Below the pieces are notes generated by a model, which had not been told where the DNA came from, ran no database searches, and saw only the letters and a list, made by a program, of their open reading frames with translations. A DNA stretch of 63,999 nt, counting the filler, from Perkinsus olseni (Eukaryota): the NCBI GenBank assembly GCA_013115125.1. It is 31 parts of 31 records of this genome, joined end to end, with 100 filler letters (N's around TTAATTAATTAA, not from the genome) between each part and the next. Parts side by side here need not be neighbours in the genome. Positions count along the whole stretch, not along the records: positions 35,751 to 37,725 come from JABANN010001683.1; positions 37,826 to 39,800 come from JABANN010001684.1; positions 39,901 to 41,872 come from JABANN010001685.1; positions 41,973 to 43,940 come from JABANN010001686.1; positions 44,041 to 45,986 come from JABANN010001687.1; positions 46,087 to 48,029 come from JABANN010001688.1; positions 48,130 to 50,061 come from JABANN010001689.1; 24 more parts are not named here. One strand, 5' to 3'. Below, piece after piece: positions 36,355-48,959 of the stretch; position 1 is the first letter of the stretch, and every line of letters starts with the position of its first letter. Both the position numbers and the translations under genes were made by a program.

Positions 36355-37656
36355 ATGCCAACCGAGACCACCGTCGCCACACCCCCAGCCGCCGATTCTG
36401 GCGACAACGTCACCAAGCCCATGAAGGAGCCTGCACCATCCCCGGTCGAGAAAGTTGACAATGCCAAGGATGGCGGTGACTCTGGCAAGCCGAAGCCTAA
36501 ACCCAAGGCCAAGTCGAAACCGAGAAGGTCTACCAGGTCGTCCGGCTCCAAAGCAGGAAAGCAGCAAACTGCAGCTGAGCCGAGCTCCCCCAACCCCAAG
36601 ACTGGTGACGATAGCCTCCTGCGCAAGCAGTTGGAGAACCTGTCCGTCACGGACGATACCTTGGCGGACGGTACCACTCGCGAGGACGTCTCCCCTACCC
36701 CAGTCGAGGCTAACAAGGATAAGAAGACCGCCGAGGGCGACAACGACATCGAAACCGACGACGACATCCCCGACGAGGCAACCTCCGACGACGAGGCGCT
36801 CTCCGACGAGGACTCTGCAGCCGAGTCCAACAAGAACGGCGATGACGAGGTGCAGGAGGACGCCGCGGAAGGCCTCGGGCCTTTCGTCGGATCCTCCGAG
36901 TCCGACTCGGACTCAGGCTCCGATTCCGACACCGTCTCCCCGCAGGGTGTCAGAGAGCTGTCTAAGGCTCTTCACAAAATCGTGAAGCCCAGGCGGCAGA
37001 GCAGGAAGACCAGAGCGGCTATCTCGCGCCGCATCAAGAAGGCCAACCTGACCGGTCTGGACCCTGGTTACCTTCCCTACAAGACCCTACGGAAGGTCCT
37101 GACCAAGCCCAAACACTTGCTGGATACTCCCATCTGGTCCTTTCTACCCTCTAGGGCAAAACCTTCCACCGCCGATGAGACCAAGCCGTCAAAGTCGTCT
37201 CCTACTCATCACTCCTTCATTGAACTGATGATGGCTCTAGACGCCTGGGTCCTCTGCGCCCTCCTATGCGGCATGGCGATAGGGCCGGCTATGTCGCACA
37301 AGATGCACACTTTGGAGGTCGCCTCTAAGAGGGCCGGGTCCGGGAGCCCGACGAATTTGCAGCTGGCGGTCCAGTATGATGAGCGAGTCAGGTTGGAGGG
37401 CTATGAAAATTTGGTTACGTATGCCCGGTCCCTCCCCACGATCTTCTCTGCTTTTTCCACCATTAACTTTCCGGTGATGACTGCTGTGATCAACGAGCCC
37501 CAGAGAAACGCCACACCGGCCTACCATAACCACGGTGGCGGAAAGGGCAAGGGCGGTCGTCGCAGGAACTACGGCAATGACAACGGCTCCAACAAGTACA
37601 GATATGGCGGGGGCTGGAATGGCTGGTATTACAATGAGCAGAAGCAAGGCAACTAG
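36355..37656 (+). CDS. Gag-like ORF1, probably of a DIRS/Ngaro-type element
   Basis: Long disordered acidic N-terminus, helical core with LAVQYDERVR (YD...R), and a GGKGKGG RNA-binding-like tail. No introns. Confidence 0.55.
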   Translation: MPTETTVATPPAADSGDNVTKPMKEPAPSPVEKVDNAKDGGDSGKPKPKPKAKSKPRRSTRSSGSKAGKQQTAAEPSSPNPKTGDDSLLRKQLENLSVTDDTLADGTTREDVSPTPVEANKDKKTAEGDNDIETDDDIPDEATSDDEALSDEDSAAESNKNGDDEVQEDAAEGLGPFVGSSESDSDSGSDSDTVSPQGVRELSKALHKIVKPRRQSRKTRAAISRRIKKANLTGLDPGYLPYKTLRKVLTKPKHLLDTPIWSFLPSRAKPSTADETKPSKSSPTHHSFIELMMALDAWVLCALLCGMAIGPAMSHKMHTLEVASKRAGSGSPTNLQLAVQYDERVRLEGYENLVTYARSLPTIFSAFSTINFPVMTAVINEPQRNATPAYHNHGGGKGKGGRRRNYGNDNGSNKYRYGGGWNGWYYNEQKQGN

Positions 37657-39369
37657 CAACACTCGCAGCTGAGCTGCTAGAAGTGTAACACAAGATCCGG
37701 AGATATTGGGCTGCGATGGAGAGGGNNNNNNNNNNNNNNNNNNNNNNNNNNNNNNNNNNNNNNNNNNNNTTAATTAATTAANNNNNNNNNNNNNNNNNNN
37801 NNNNNNNNNNNNNNNNNNNNNNNNNGTCCCCGTCAGCCACGCACTGAAGCGCCGCTCGCGTCCCCGTATTTAACATACGATAACAAGTTATCTTCGCGTG
37901 AATGTCAAGGCCATGCTGTACGAGCAAGGTTGGGAAGGACAAGAAGAAGAGAATGTTATTCAGCCACAGAGTTTAGAGGAGTCCAACAACGACTCCCTCA
38001 AGGGGCCTTCGAGTTGCATATTTTCTCTATCTCTTTCAATGAGCCAGGTGCCGTATTTGCCGATAGGATACTAGTAGAAACACCGAGGCTCCGCGTGGTT
38101 CCCGTTAATGATAACCGCTACAGCTCGATCCCGTGTTTATATGACTGGCACCAATATGTGCCACTCCTAACGGACTGCCGCTGGAATCGCGTCTAGAGCT
38201 TGGGATCACCAAGAGCAGTGTTTCTGCCGATGACTAGTGTTTTTTATCTTATATGTGCCTTATGCAACTTCCTTCGTCATGATACATGGTTCATATGTAT
38301 TACCGATATCTATCCGCGTTGCATCGAAAGTGCTGCCGAGCAATAAAATACTAGCGGTGGCTAGAGGAATGGGACACATTGTGTGCAACACACGCTACAG
38401 CACTCAACAATTTAGATGGAGGAAGATGCAGAAGAATTCGGTCGAAGCCTTAGAGCAGGAAGACGTGATGACTAATTCATGTATTGCTCGTTATTGAGGA
38501 ACGTTTCAATCTGACAATCTCAACAATTTGGGGACACCAATGACCAATTCGGCCCCAGCGGAAGAATAGTGCACTCGACTCCCCGTTATGCTACACGTCG
38601 TGTAGGAGGTGAGCACTGCCGAGTATCTGTTTACTGTGGCAAGTCAGTTTTGGAACGGCATAGTTGCCGCCCAGCGTACACTTCATAGAGTACATGTAAA
38701 CAGGGGAAACAGCAATTGGGCTCTACCACATTGCTTGTTCTGACGAAGATGAAACCTGCAAGCTGCTGGCACGAGCATCCTCACTGTGGGGCTGACAGTT
38801 GCAGACTGTCGGTCTGCGTCCTTTTCTCAAATGTCATACAATTGCGTTTTGAACGAAAGTCAAGCAGTTTTGAGTGGTGAACTCAGAAGAGTTCAGTACC
38901 AGGATGAGCATGCTGTCGACGAGAATATCTTGCTTCGCGGCGAAAGAAAAAAATCGTGCCGCGATTACGGAAAAGAGGTAGAAAACTTATTTGAAATGCG
39001 TTAACCTACGAAGCTTTCGTCAGACTAGGCATGGGAGCGCTCCACACACAGCTGCTGCGACCACCAGCAACTCAAACGCAACATAGAAAGTTGGGCCGAA
39101 AGGTCCAAGCCACTAGGAAAAATCGACCGGATTGATTCAACCCCGAGTCACCTACAACTTTGATTGTAACTCTATAAAAAAGGAGATGAACTGAAAATGT
39201 TGAGCGTCATTTGACCTCATGCTGGGTGACAATGCTTTGCCTGGCATGTCACTCAGGTCAACGGGTCAGGTCTGGCATGTAACCTAACACAGCAGGTTCA
39301 CAACGGTAGGAGTGCACAGACTGTTTACAAGGGGAGCTTGTGCACTCCATTGGGGAGATGGTAGAAGTG

Positions 39370-39800
39370 TCAAGTGGATGTCGTGGGAATGGAGGTAGTT
39401 GGCTCGCCGGAGGTTGGCCCAGGAGTAGTCGGCTCGCCAGAAGTTGGCCCAGGAGTGGTAGGCTCGCCAGAGGTTGGCCCAGGAGTGGTAGGCTCGCCAG
39501 AGGTTGGTGCGGGAGTAGTGGGCCCGCCCGAAGTTGGCTCGGGAGTAGTAGAAGATCCACCGCAAGTACAAGTATCGTCAGACCCTTGACAGACGCCCCC
39601 ACCAGGCCCGAACTGCCAGGCAGCCTTGCAGTAAGAAGCTGGATCACCGGTGACCTGCTGACAGTAAGCATCACCCTCGGGGCAGGGTCCACCGGAAGTT
39701 GGCCCAGGAGTAGTCGGCTCGCCAGAAGTTGGCCCAGGAGTGGTAGGCTCGCCAGAGGTTGGCCCAGGAGTGGTAGGCTCGCCAGAGGTTGGTGCGGGAG
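39370..39800 (-). CDS. Mucin-like Pro/Thr repeat protein with a 6-Cys module (3' end; one-base frameshift in a G run near 39600)
   Basis: 30-bp repeats encode PTTPGPTSGE. Module CPEGDAYC...SYCK..W.../GVCQGSDDTCTC. Confidence 0.7.
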
Positions 39801-39900
39801 NNNNNNNNNNNNNNNNNNNNNNNNNNNNNNNNNNNNNNNNNNNNTTAATTAATTAANNNNNNNNNNNNNNNNNNNNNNNNNNNNNNNNNNNNNNNNNNNN

Positions 39901-40361
39901 GAGTTGGACGTGAGGATGTCCGTGGCATCTCCACCTAGTCCTGATGTCTCCAACGATAGCATGGTTCTCATCCCTTGTGAAGCGGACAGTTCCATCCTCG
40001 TGGAAGCGCAGCTGGCAGAGGTTTACTGAGGGACTCGACAGGTACCGCAGTCAGAACTAACCTGCAGTAGGAACACGTCGGGCTCTTCTTCACCGAGGGC
40101 GCTGAGCTTGACAGTGGCGTTGAACGTGCCAGAGGAACTCCTGCCCAGAAGGCTTGCGGGGACCTGAAGTCGAGTTGATCAGACACCGTAGTAGTTATCG
40201 GACACTTGCCATACGTAGTAAGAACTTCTAGTCTCCTCTGATAGGCCAATCCAGTCTCGATAGCGTCGACAAAAGCTAGTCTGACTGCAGGTCCTTCTAG
40301 GCGGTCCCTGAGCAACCACCGCGGCAAGGATCGAATGAGCGAGGAGAAGGGAAAGCTTCAT
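39901..40361 (-). CDS. ER glucosidase II alpha subunit (GH31)-like, N-terminal exons
   Basis: Signal peptide, RTCSQTSFCRRYR, then LRFHEDGTVRFTRDE...RTRW after two short introns. Confidence 0.75.
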
Positions 40362-41972
40362 GGAGTGAACCAACTGAATTGATTCAATTCCTGGCGGCAA
40401 GGCATTCCCGCAAAATCGATCGTTTCGCCGGTCACCGAATGCGTTCAACTTGATCAGTAGTACTCCATGAAAGTGGATCCCCGGACCACGCTTGGCCTTT
40501 CAAGCGACTTGTGGATGCCCCATGGCGGGTCACCATTGAACGAGCGAGAGAACCGCACGTGACAACCAGGATAAGGGGACAGACCCGTGGCTAGCCATGG
40601 CTAGTAGCCGTGGTGACAGCGTGTGAAGGTGAAGCTCAATTCATCAAGCTAGTCCTGGCGGAGTGGAGATGACTCCTTATAAGTGTCGCAAAAGGAGGTT
40701 TCGAGGGCCCTAGAAGGGAAAACCTCCGAAGGGTAGGGTAGGGAGGGTGCTATGCTGAGGCAGACGAGCATCTTCTCTCGTCTCATAAATTCGTCGCTCG
40801 TCCAACGGGATAGGGACAGAGTCTCCCAAATGGCTAGTCACTAGCGTAAGGTAGGCTAGAGTTGTCACATAATCTGCTGTTGAGCCGTCTTTTGGCATTT
40901 CGGTGTCCTGCGGCTTCCCTGCAGTGACAGGTGGCTCGCCCCGAAGAACCAATCAGTTTTGTGAGCCCATCTCGCCCACCACGAATAAACCGAGGTTTCG
41001 GGGAGCGTTGTATATACCATTCGAGCATGACTTCGACGCTGATGTTAGTCAATGCGAAACACGCTGACATCCAGAGATAGCGTAGAAATGCTTTCAGGAG
41101 CCCACGTTGCCCTTCAGTTATCCCGGGGGATTGTGTATTGTTGCCGCCGTCATCTCATTGGCTACACCTATCACGCAACATCACACCAACAGGAAACCAG
41201 ATTCCTTTATGTTTTAGATCAAACTCACATTGAACTGGAACTAGGTGAAAATGAATCGGATCAAGGTTTTCGAAAAAGTCGGTTCACGGAACTACCGAGA
41301 TGGTAGCCTCAGAAGTGAATCCTGAAATTACGGCTCGTCTTAGGGGGTACACAAGAAGACTCTGTGGGTATTTCCACGACGATCTCTGCACCTCCATGAC
41401 TGGCTTTTCTCGCGCCTCCAGCGCCGCCAATGCTTTCTGAGGCTAGACCACTGGTATGAGATGCAGCTCATTCAGCCAGAGAACTTACGGGAGTGCGAAT
41501 GGTCAGTGACTCCTATCGAAACAACACGCTCAATGCAGATTGGATAATGGCCACTGCCCTCTCCGGGTGATACCCTCAGGCTGCCATTGTCGAACCTGAG
41601 GCATCGTGTCAAGAGCGACCACACACGCTATGCGAAGCTCGCGGGGAGAGGTCAGTCATTCAAATCGTTCAAGGGCTCGTCGATGAAGTGGGCGCGAAGT
41701 GCTCCTTGGCCGTCAACAGGGAGGTGAGAAGGTACACCGCGGTACCACGTCGCACTAACGGCGGCTACTTACTTGAGTTTCCAGAAGTTGTGCTTGTCTT
41801 CGTCGGTACTGTTATAGCTGATGGTGTCATCCAAGTACCTGAGGTACCAAACCCAACCTTCGCATGCCTACANNNNNNNNNNNNNNNNNNNNNNNNNNNN
41901 NNNNNNNNNNNNNNNNTTAATTAATTAANNNNNNNNNNNNNNNNNNNNNNNNNNNNNNNNNNNNNNNNNNNN

Positions 41973-43940
41973 AGAGGTCACTTGAGCAGGTCGATCGCCA
42001 AGTCGAACTAGAATACCCTCCGGCGATATAGAGATGGTAGTACGTAGCTTGGCCATGGTAGAGCACCCTATGATGACCGGGGTACTCAGATCGTCGGACG
42101 CCAATAGAAAGGAATCCTTAGCCAGGGTCTTCCCGTAACCAACCTCGAGCTCAACCTTCCCTAGTATAGAAAGACTAGAACCGTTAGCCACATTGACACG
42201 TCCCTGGACAGAGGGGTCGTCGAAGTATAGCTTTTTGTTAGTGATCTTACGGAGGGTACCGGCAGCTATGAGAGAGACATCGGCTCCGGTATCATAGAGT
42301 ACAGGTCTCACCACACCGCATATAGAGAGATCACCGACGACCATGGAGATCCGAGAGGACGCAGGCGACGGTCTAGAGGATGGTAGTTCGTCACCAGTGT
42401 GAAGAACATTAGAGCTCGAGTTGATGTCATCGATCCCCAAAGGAGAAACCTTAATCATAGAGTTAAGGGCAGTAGATGATCCGATGACATGGGCCTTAGA
42501 GGACTCGTCCACAACCTGAGCATTAGTAGACGGAGTCGATGGGCTAGGGCGCTTCGTAGACTTAGTTGGACGTCTAGGAGGTCCAGCCTTAGACTTGGGT
42601 CTGGTACCTCGCCCAGGCTTGCCTTTAGTCGTCTTGGCAGAAGAGTCGGCGTCGACAGGACTAGAGGCTCGACATACATAGGCGAGATGGCCTTGCCGTA
42701 GACACCTCTGACAGTTGAGGGACTTGGTGGGTACCTCACATAGACCGGCGGTGTGGTTGGGATTACCACATTTAGAACAGCGAGACTCTTGATTGCTCAC
42801 CTTACCTCGGCATAGACGAGCCGGGTGACCGGTCTCCAAGCAGCGATAGCACTTAATAGACATAGAGTCGGCGCCCACTGCGAAAAGATGGCTGTTGGTA
42901 GAACCACCATACCCGAGATCAGTAGAAGGGGGCTCAAGGGCATTGACTCTAGTCATGGGTGCTTGACTAGATTCAGAAGTCTTGGACTTGGACTTAGAAG
43001 GAGCCAATCTAGAAGTGACAATCTCGGAGTAGAGCTTTTGTCGTTGTTCACGCCCTAGTCGTCGACGCTCATAGTTGGACAATAGAGTTACAAACTTGTC
43101 GTAGGAGACAGCCTTGTCGCTCAACTCGTTGTCAATCTTCTCACGTAGATAGTCAGAGTTGAGACCATCATATAGACGCCGCTTGAGGATGTACTCATAG
43201 GTGCGGATACCCATGAAGTGGAGCTCCGTGACAATAGATTCTAACCGTTTGACAAAGTTAGAGAGAGACTCCGAGTCACCTTGTTGACAGGTAACAAACT
43301 GTACCTCAGCCTTGGCAATGGCGTCGTCATTATCATAGAGCTTGCGGATAGTAGAACATAGTCTATCCAGATGCTTCTCGTAGTCTAGATAACATCTTGT
43401 AGGCGGCTCAGTACCCTTGATGAGCTTAGCCCAGATAGACCCTTCGATGTTCTGCTTAGCCCACAAGTACTTGGTGACAGCATCGTGGCCTTCTAGAGAT
43501 GAGACTATCTCGCGAACGAAGGTAGACCCACTCCGATTGTCATCTTCACCGATGAACTTAGAAGTCGATGGAGACTTAGTAGCGATGTTAGTAGCAACAT
43601 CATAGTCCTTCATAGTTATCTTAGACTTGCACGGTTTGGACTTGCATCCAGGACACCTTGACCGATAGGAAGGTGTAGCTCGCTCAGCAGGGACATAGAA
43701 GCGATCATTAGTGATACCACGTTGACCACATAGTCCATAGAGGGATCGAGAAGAGTGGCTCGACCCTTTAGAGGTAGCATGACCTCTATCACTGCTGGAA
43801 GAAGACAGCAGCGAGGAGCGTCTAGAGTGCGAAGTAGATCTTGAAGGACGAGAACCTCGAGAGGTCGGAGATGGTGTAGACGACCTTGAAGAGTGACGCT
43901 TGTGAGAGCGTCTAGCGTGACGAGAACTAGTAGGAGTGCC
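41973..43940 (-). mobile_element. gag: Gag-protease polyprotein, open across the whole contig
   Basis: CQQGDSESLSNF gag motif, three CCHC knuckles (CYRC..GH...C, CSKC..NH...C, CQRC..GH...C), YDTGADVS, IIGC. The frame is also open upstream of 43613. Confidence 0.93.
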
Positions 43941-45372
43941 NNNNNNNNNNNNNNNNNNNNNNNNNNNNNNNNNNNNNNNNNNNNTTAATTAATTAANNNN
44001 NNNNNNNNNNNNNNNNNNNNNNNNNNNNNNNNNNNNNNNNTACCACTTCGCCTTACCATGCTAAAAGGTAAGGTTTTTTGATCCACATCGAGCGTCTCGC
44101 TGCAATCCTCTTGGTTCCAATCGCTCACCGTTGACATCAAGACCTCGCAAACGGTGCCTCGAGTACTGCTTGGTGCCAGCTGCGCTGCTGATTGAATCAG
44201 CCTGATTCGGAAGGGTGCTACGGCTGCTACAGCTTTGAAGTGGCACCCACCACTGGGCGGACGGAGGTTTGGAATCGACCCCGAGGATGTGACCTCGTGT
44301 ATCTTGTAATGACTGCGAGTGCGAAGTGATATTTTTGATATCCTGGCTCGGTCAACAACTAAGATGGATCAAACTGCGTGGCCTTTGTCACTGTCGGATG
44401 TGAGAGTACTAGCTTGCCAGCGTGGGAGGCACAGACGGGACACTAGGTGTCCCGCTGTGCGCACAATATAACACGGCATATCTCCGCGCCGGTTTTAACC
44501 TAGATAAACTACTCGTTTTATCCGCTGAAAAAAGTTGGTGAAGACTATCGCCTAATGATAAGCTACTGTAACCGAACGGCCCGTTCGGAACCGGGAAAAC
44601 CAACTTGATTAGCGGACTTTTCGAGTGCTGGAGATGATGCTTGTGGTGGCACACCGGGGCAGGTCTCGTGTGACGTTGGTACGCGCAGCCCCCCGAATGT
44701 GTACGCGGATCCTGCCAGGAGGAGAGGAAGCCTCTCTGTTCGGATGTATCCCTGAGAAAAGCTTGTTGACGAGTGTCGGACTTCACTGCGTGCCAACGCT
44801 ACAGAGAGTCTGTGACTGAGAACATCGGCGAAGGTCTAAGCCGGAACCGGTGATGGATTAAAAACTCACACACACGCGCACTTCCATAGGGAGAGCATTC
44901 GGTCTTCTGAATCGTATTCACAGCCCATGGAGGGAATGCAATAGCAACCTGCTCCAAGCGAGGTTTGTCGCACATCCTGCCTCCGAGGCATGCTCGATCG
45001 TATATTCGTGGCTCACAAATTACGAGTTTCCGTGCCACCGGGACACTGGTGTGCTTGCTGTCCGGACTGAAGAACCTTACGGTCCTTTCACCAGTTCGCT
45101 GGTGGGTTTGAGCGGAAACTTGGGTTACCAGTAGGGCCAAAGCGGTTCGACACGCCAATTTATCCTGAAAGCCACCTTCTCGACTCTTTCACCAATCAAT
45201 ACATCCTTGCCTTTGAAGCCTCAACCCTACGAGGAACTATCCAACCAAACACGGCAGCTGTGCGGCAAAATCTATCCCACCTCGAATACCAACTCATCGT
45301 AAAAAAGTGGATCCAATTGACTTTGATCCATTAAAATATTCCCCCATCACATTAAAATCATCTCATCAAATT

Positions 45373-45986
45373 CTACTTGACGTCCTTGGCAACGGTAGAG
45401 ACACACTTGCCGAGCATGACAACACCGTTGCCCTCCATGAGAGCCACACGAGAGAGACCCTCGCAGTTCTTGAAAGAATCGACAACCAGAGGCTGAATAG
45501 GCTCGAACACGACCTCAGCCATTTCATTCGACTTGAGAGCATGAGGATCCTCCATCTTCTTTCCACCAGTCTCCTTGCCGACCTTCCACTTGATACCGGC
45601 AAGGCGGCAGGCTGAACGACCAGTACGAACAAAAGCAATCGGAGAGTACCCAACCTTGATCTCGCCGGGAACATCCAAAACCTGGACCTGGGCAGTGAAT
45701 GACTGCACATGCTTGAGCGTACCATCCTTCTTGTAGATCATGACATCACCGGTACGGGGCATGTTCTCTTTCACTAAGCCCTTGACGTTCAACCCGACAT
45801 TATCACCAGGAAGAGCCTGCTCCTGACGGGTGTGGTGCATCTCGACAGTGAAGACCTTGCCAGTGCAGGCAGTTGAGGGTGTATGCGTAGGCATGAACAC
45901 AACCTCCTCGTTAGGCTTGACGATACCCTGCTCGACACGGCCAGTGATCACATCGCCAACACCCTTGATCTTGTAGATACCGGAGA
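45373..45986 (-). CDS. EFL: Elongation factor-like (EFL) GTPase, C-terminal domains II-III
   Basis: YKIKGVGDVITGRVEQG, GKVFTVEMHH, NMPRTGDVM, GYSPIAFVRTGRS and FKNCEGLSR are EFL-type rather than eEF1A-type. Confidence 0.9.
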
Positions 45987-46095
45987 NNNNNNNNNNNNNN
46001 NNNNNNNNNNNNNNNNNNNNNNNNNNNNNNTTAATTAATTAANNNNNNNNNNNNNNNNNNNNNNNNNNNNNNNNNNNNNNNNNNNNCGTATATAA

Positions 46096-46117
46096 TCCGT
46101 AGCCATCTTGGCTCAAG
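46096..46117 (+). other. Spliced-leader sequence without a splice donor (SL relic or SL-derived locus)
   Basis: TCCGTAGCCATCTTGGCTCAAG followed by ACC, not GT. TATATAA lies immediately upstream. Confidence 0.9.
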
Positions 46118-46933
46118 ACCTTAGTTGGGCTTTTGCGTTTCCCCAATTAGGATCAAACAGGCGATCGAGCGGGGAGCAGCTGCCGACGATCCGCCGTCGT
46201 TGATTCAATAGTGTCCGAAGAGGTGAACCATTATCCTTGAATCACGGCTACTCGCAGTCACTGAGTGTCTAGGAGGCGTGCCACAGCTCCCTTGTCATCA
46301 GTGACAGGGATACTGCAGGTCGAGCATTCAGAGCACACCGTCACGCCTCCAGGCTAGTTCGTCAAACGTCTTCCACGATCTCTTCCGGCCTGACTCTTTG
46401 CTGTCAAAAGCCATGGTAGGCACAACAGCGTCCTTGCGAGACCGATAATAGTCGATATGGGTGATCTTAGCCCTCATGAGAGCCCGGGTGAGGATGTCTA
46501 CCGTGTTGACCAGCTAGCGCTGTCCCGCGATATGTCTTTCCGCTGTCTCCTGGTCTTCTTTTTATGTACGACTTTCTCTTTAGTCGTCGGCACGTCGGGT
46601 TCTCTGCTCTTTGTTCTTGCTCATCTGTGCCTTGTGCTGCATCACCAGCCTCAGCTTTATTGACTGAAGCCTCGAGGGATAGTTCGCAAGCCCTGCCAAT
46701 ACCCGAGACCAGCGGCGCCGAATGCATGCGTAAAAGCTGACAGGCACAGCATGACGCGATCGATTTGTAAACTGCCATAAACAGGCTGAACTCCTGACTA
46801 ACATCCTCCTCTTGTCCTTTATCGGCTAGGAGACCGAGTTGAGCCCAACGAGTGACGGGGCCACATCTGTCTGTTGACATACATGAGATCTAACGGTCGG
46901 GTAGCTTATCAAGTTCAGGCTTTCTTTACAAAC

Positions 46934-47401
46934 ATGAAGTCCTTCTTCATTGGTACGATCCTCCTCATCACTTCTGATGCCCTTGTTGTTGAGAACGATG
47001 ATGATGCGAAGAACCGCTATCTAGTCAGAGGTGGCACCGTCGCCCCTGCTCTAACACCCGGAGACAGTCGTGCATTGTCAACTGACAACCTCCTCCGCCT
47101 CATCGGTGGTCAAGGCGGAAACGGTGGCAACGGAGGCAACAGTGATGTCGTCGGCGGCAACGGCGGTCGCGGTGGCTGTGGCGGCTTCAGTGGCGGCGAA
47201 GGCGGTAATGGCGGCTCCGGTGGTGCTGCCGGCGGCAGCGGCGGCAACGGCGGCAAGGGTGGTGTTGCCGGCGGTAATGGCGGTAACGGGGGCAACGCTG
47301 GTATTGTCGGCGGCGACGGCGGCGCTGGCGGTTATGGTGGCCTCGTAGGTGGCAACGGTGGTGATGGCGGCGACAGTCGTCGGGTCCTCTTTTCCACTTA
47401 A
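46934..47401 (+). CDS. Secreted glycine-rich (GGxGGxGG) protein, 155 aa
   Basis: MKSFFIGTILLITSDA signal peptide, then ~90 aa of GGNGG/GGxGG repeats. Confidence 0.85.
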   Translation: MKSFFIGTILLITSDALVVENDDDAKNRYLVRGGTVAPALTPGDSRALSTDNLLRLIGGQGGNGGNGGNSDVVGGNGGRGGCGGFSGGEGGNGGSGGAAGGSGGNGGKGGVAGGNGGNGGNAGIVGGDGGAGGYGGLVGGNGGDGGDSRRVLFST

Positions 47402-48129
47402 AAAGGCGTGGCAGAAGGGCGTGATGGTGAGTACTGCAAACTGCAGTCTACAATCACTGCCCTGGTACATGACCCTGCCACTAGCATTCAATGTGAAGGA
47501 TTCACAGTTGAAATTTTTTGCTTTACTCCATATTTATCAATCCAATTCTGTTCTGGCAGCTGCAGACTACAACTTGTCGTAGAGCTGCTGCAGTTCAGAA
47601 AAATTACCTCTCGCCTCTGTCCGCACTCCGTGTAGGGTTGCCAGGGCTCCGAGAGAATACTCATTCCAGTTCACTATCGGTTTTTAATCAAACCTTGAGT
47701 CGAAAACCGGACCTTTGGGAAAGCTAAAACGCTTGGTTTTGCGTTTCAAGAGTTACCAGTAAGTGGAGAAAGGAACGATCTCAAGTTAAAGGGAATCACA
47801 AAACTTGATTCTTTCAATTCTTTCGCGTTTTGGACAACCCTGGTCAGCAGTGTGCTTGGGTAACCTGGGTGACCCGGTTAGGCTCATCACAGTTTGGTAA
47901 TATGAACAATCTCTGTGAAATCACACTCAGAATGGTGAATTCAACCATGGTTGTTGGAAGTAACTACGCTGGTGTACTATCATCGGAAGTCGCTATTCTC
48001 AACGAATGATGGTATACGCAAGTCTCATTNNNNNNNNNNNNNNNNNNNNNNNNNNNNNNNNNNNNNNNNNNNNTTAATTAATTAANNNNNNNNNNNNNNN
48101 NNNNNNNNNNNNNNNNNNNNNNNNNNNNN

Positions 48130-48959
48130 CCAGCAGAATGCCCCATCCCTTCGATGGTACTACCGACTTCCGGTCATGGCTTCGTCGTTATGAGGCAGCA
48201 GCTGATGCAGCGCAGTGGTCGGAGCGTTCTCGAGCGTCCCGTCTTGGGATGTACTTGGAAGAAGACTTCTTTGACTCATGGGAAGAGTTGGCAAGTAAGA
48301 CGAACTGGAAGGACGACAAGGTATTAATGCTGAGTCTCTTCGCTAAGCGTTCGCCGGATGAAGCGCTTCGGGCTTTCAATTCTCTTGCGTGGGACGGTCA
48401 TCAGCGCTTTGTGGTCTTTGCGGCTCGTCTTGGTCGGTATCTGAAGGAGTATAACCGGTCTCTTCCAGAAGGTCAACGTATGTCTGCGGAGTCTATGGGT
48501 CGGCAGATTTTCGACCGGTGTGTTGCGGTTGCTCCTGAAGGTGCCCAGCAAGAGCTCCGCAAGCAGCAAGACTATTCTATTCGTGCTATCTGCTCCATCG
48601 TCGATGACTACAGCCCGGGTACCGCTACTAAGGACGGTCGTATGATATCAAGGCCTCCAGTCAAGGCAGAATCCCAGCCCCTCGCGGCTGAGATTAGCAA
48701 GGCTCTTCAATCTGTGTTGGCTCCTATGATGGAAAACTTGGCCGGTATTACTCAGAGGCTGGATTCCCAACAAAGATTTGGTAAGGGTAATGGTGGCAAA
48801 GGCCGTGGTCGCGGAGGTTGTGGTAATTGTGGCGGCGCTCACTCTGCGTTGGCTTGCCCTAATAAGGCGTTCGACTCTGGTTGTTTCAAGTGTGGTCAAC
48901 CTGGTCATCTCGCTCGTAATTGTCCGTCCCGTTCTAAGCCGTCTAGTCCGGGAAACTAG
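48130..48959 (+). mobile_element. gag: Gypsy gag with two zinc knuckles
   Basis: PFDGTTDFRSWLRRYE, CGNCGGAHSALAC, CFKCGQPGHLARNC. Confidence 0.92.

Noticed and set aside
36111-36932. Long antisense and alternative-frame ORFs (also 57447-58088, 61217-61687, 47078-47491, 39340-39852)
   Set aside because: Shadows of real ORFs or repeats on another strand or frame.
41820-41840. YLDD on the minus strand as an RT motif
   Set aside because: It lies in a short exon of an intron-rich hypothetical gene with no other RT motifs.
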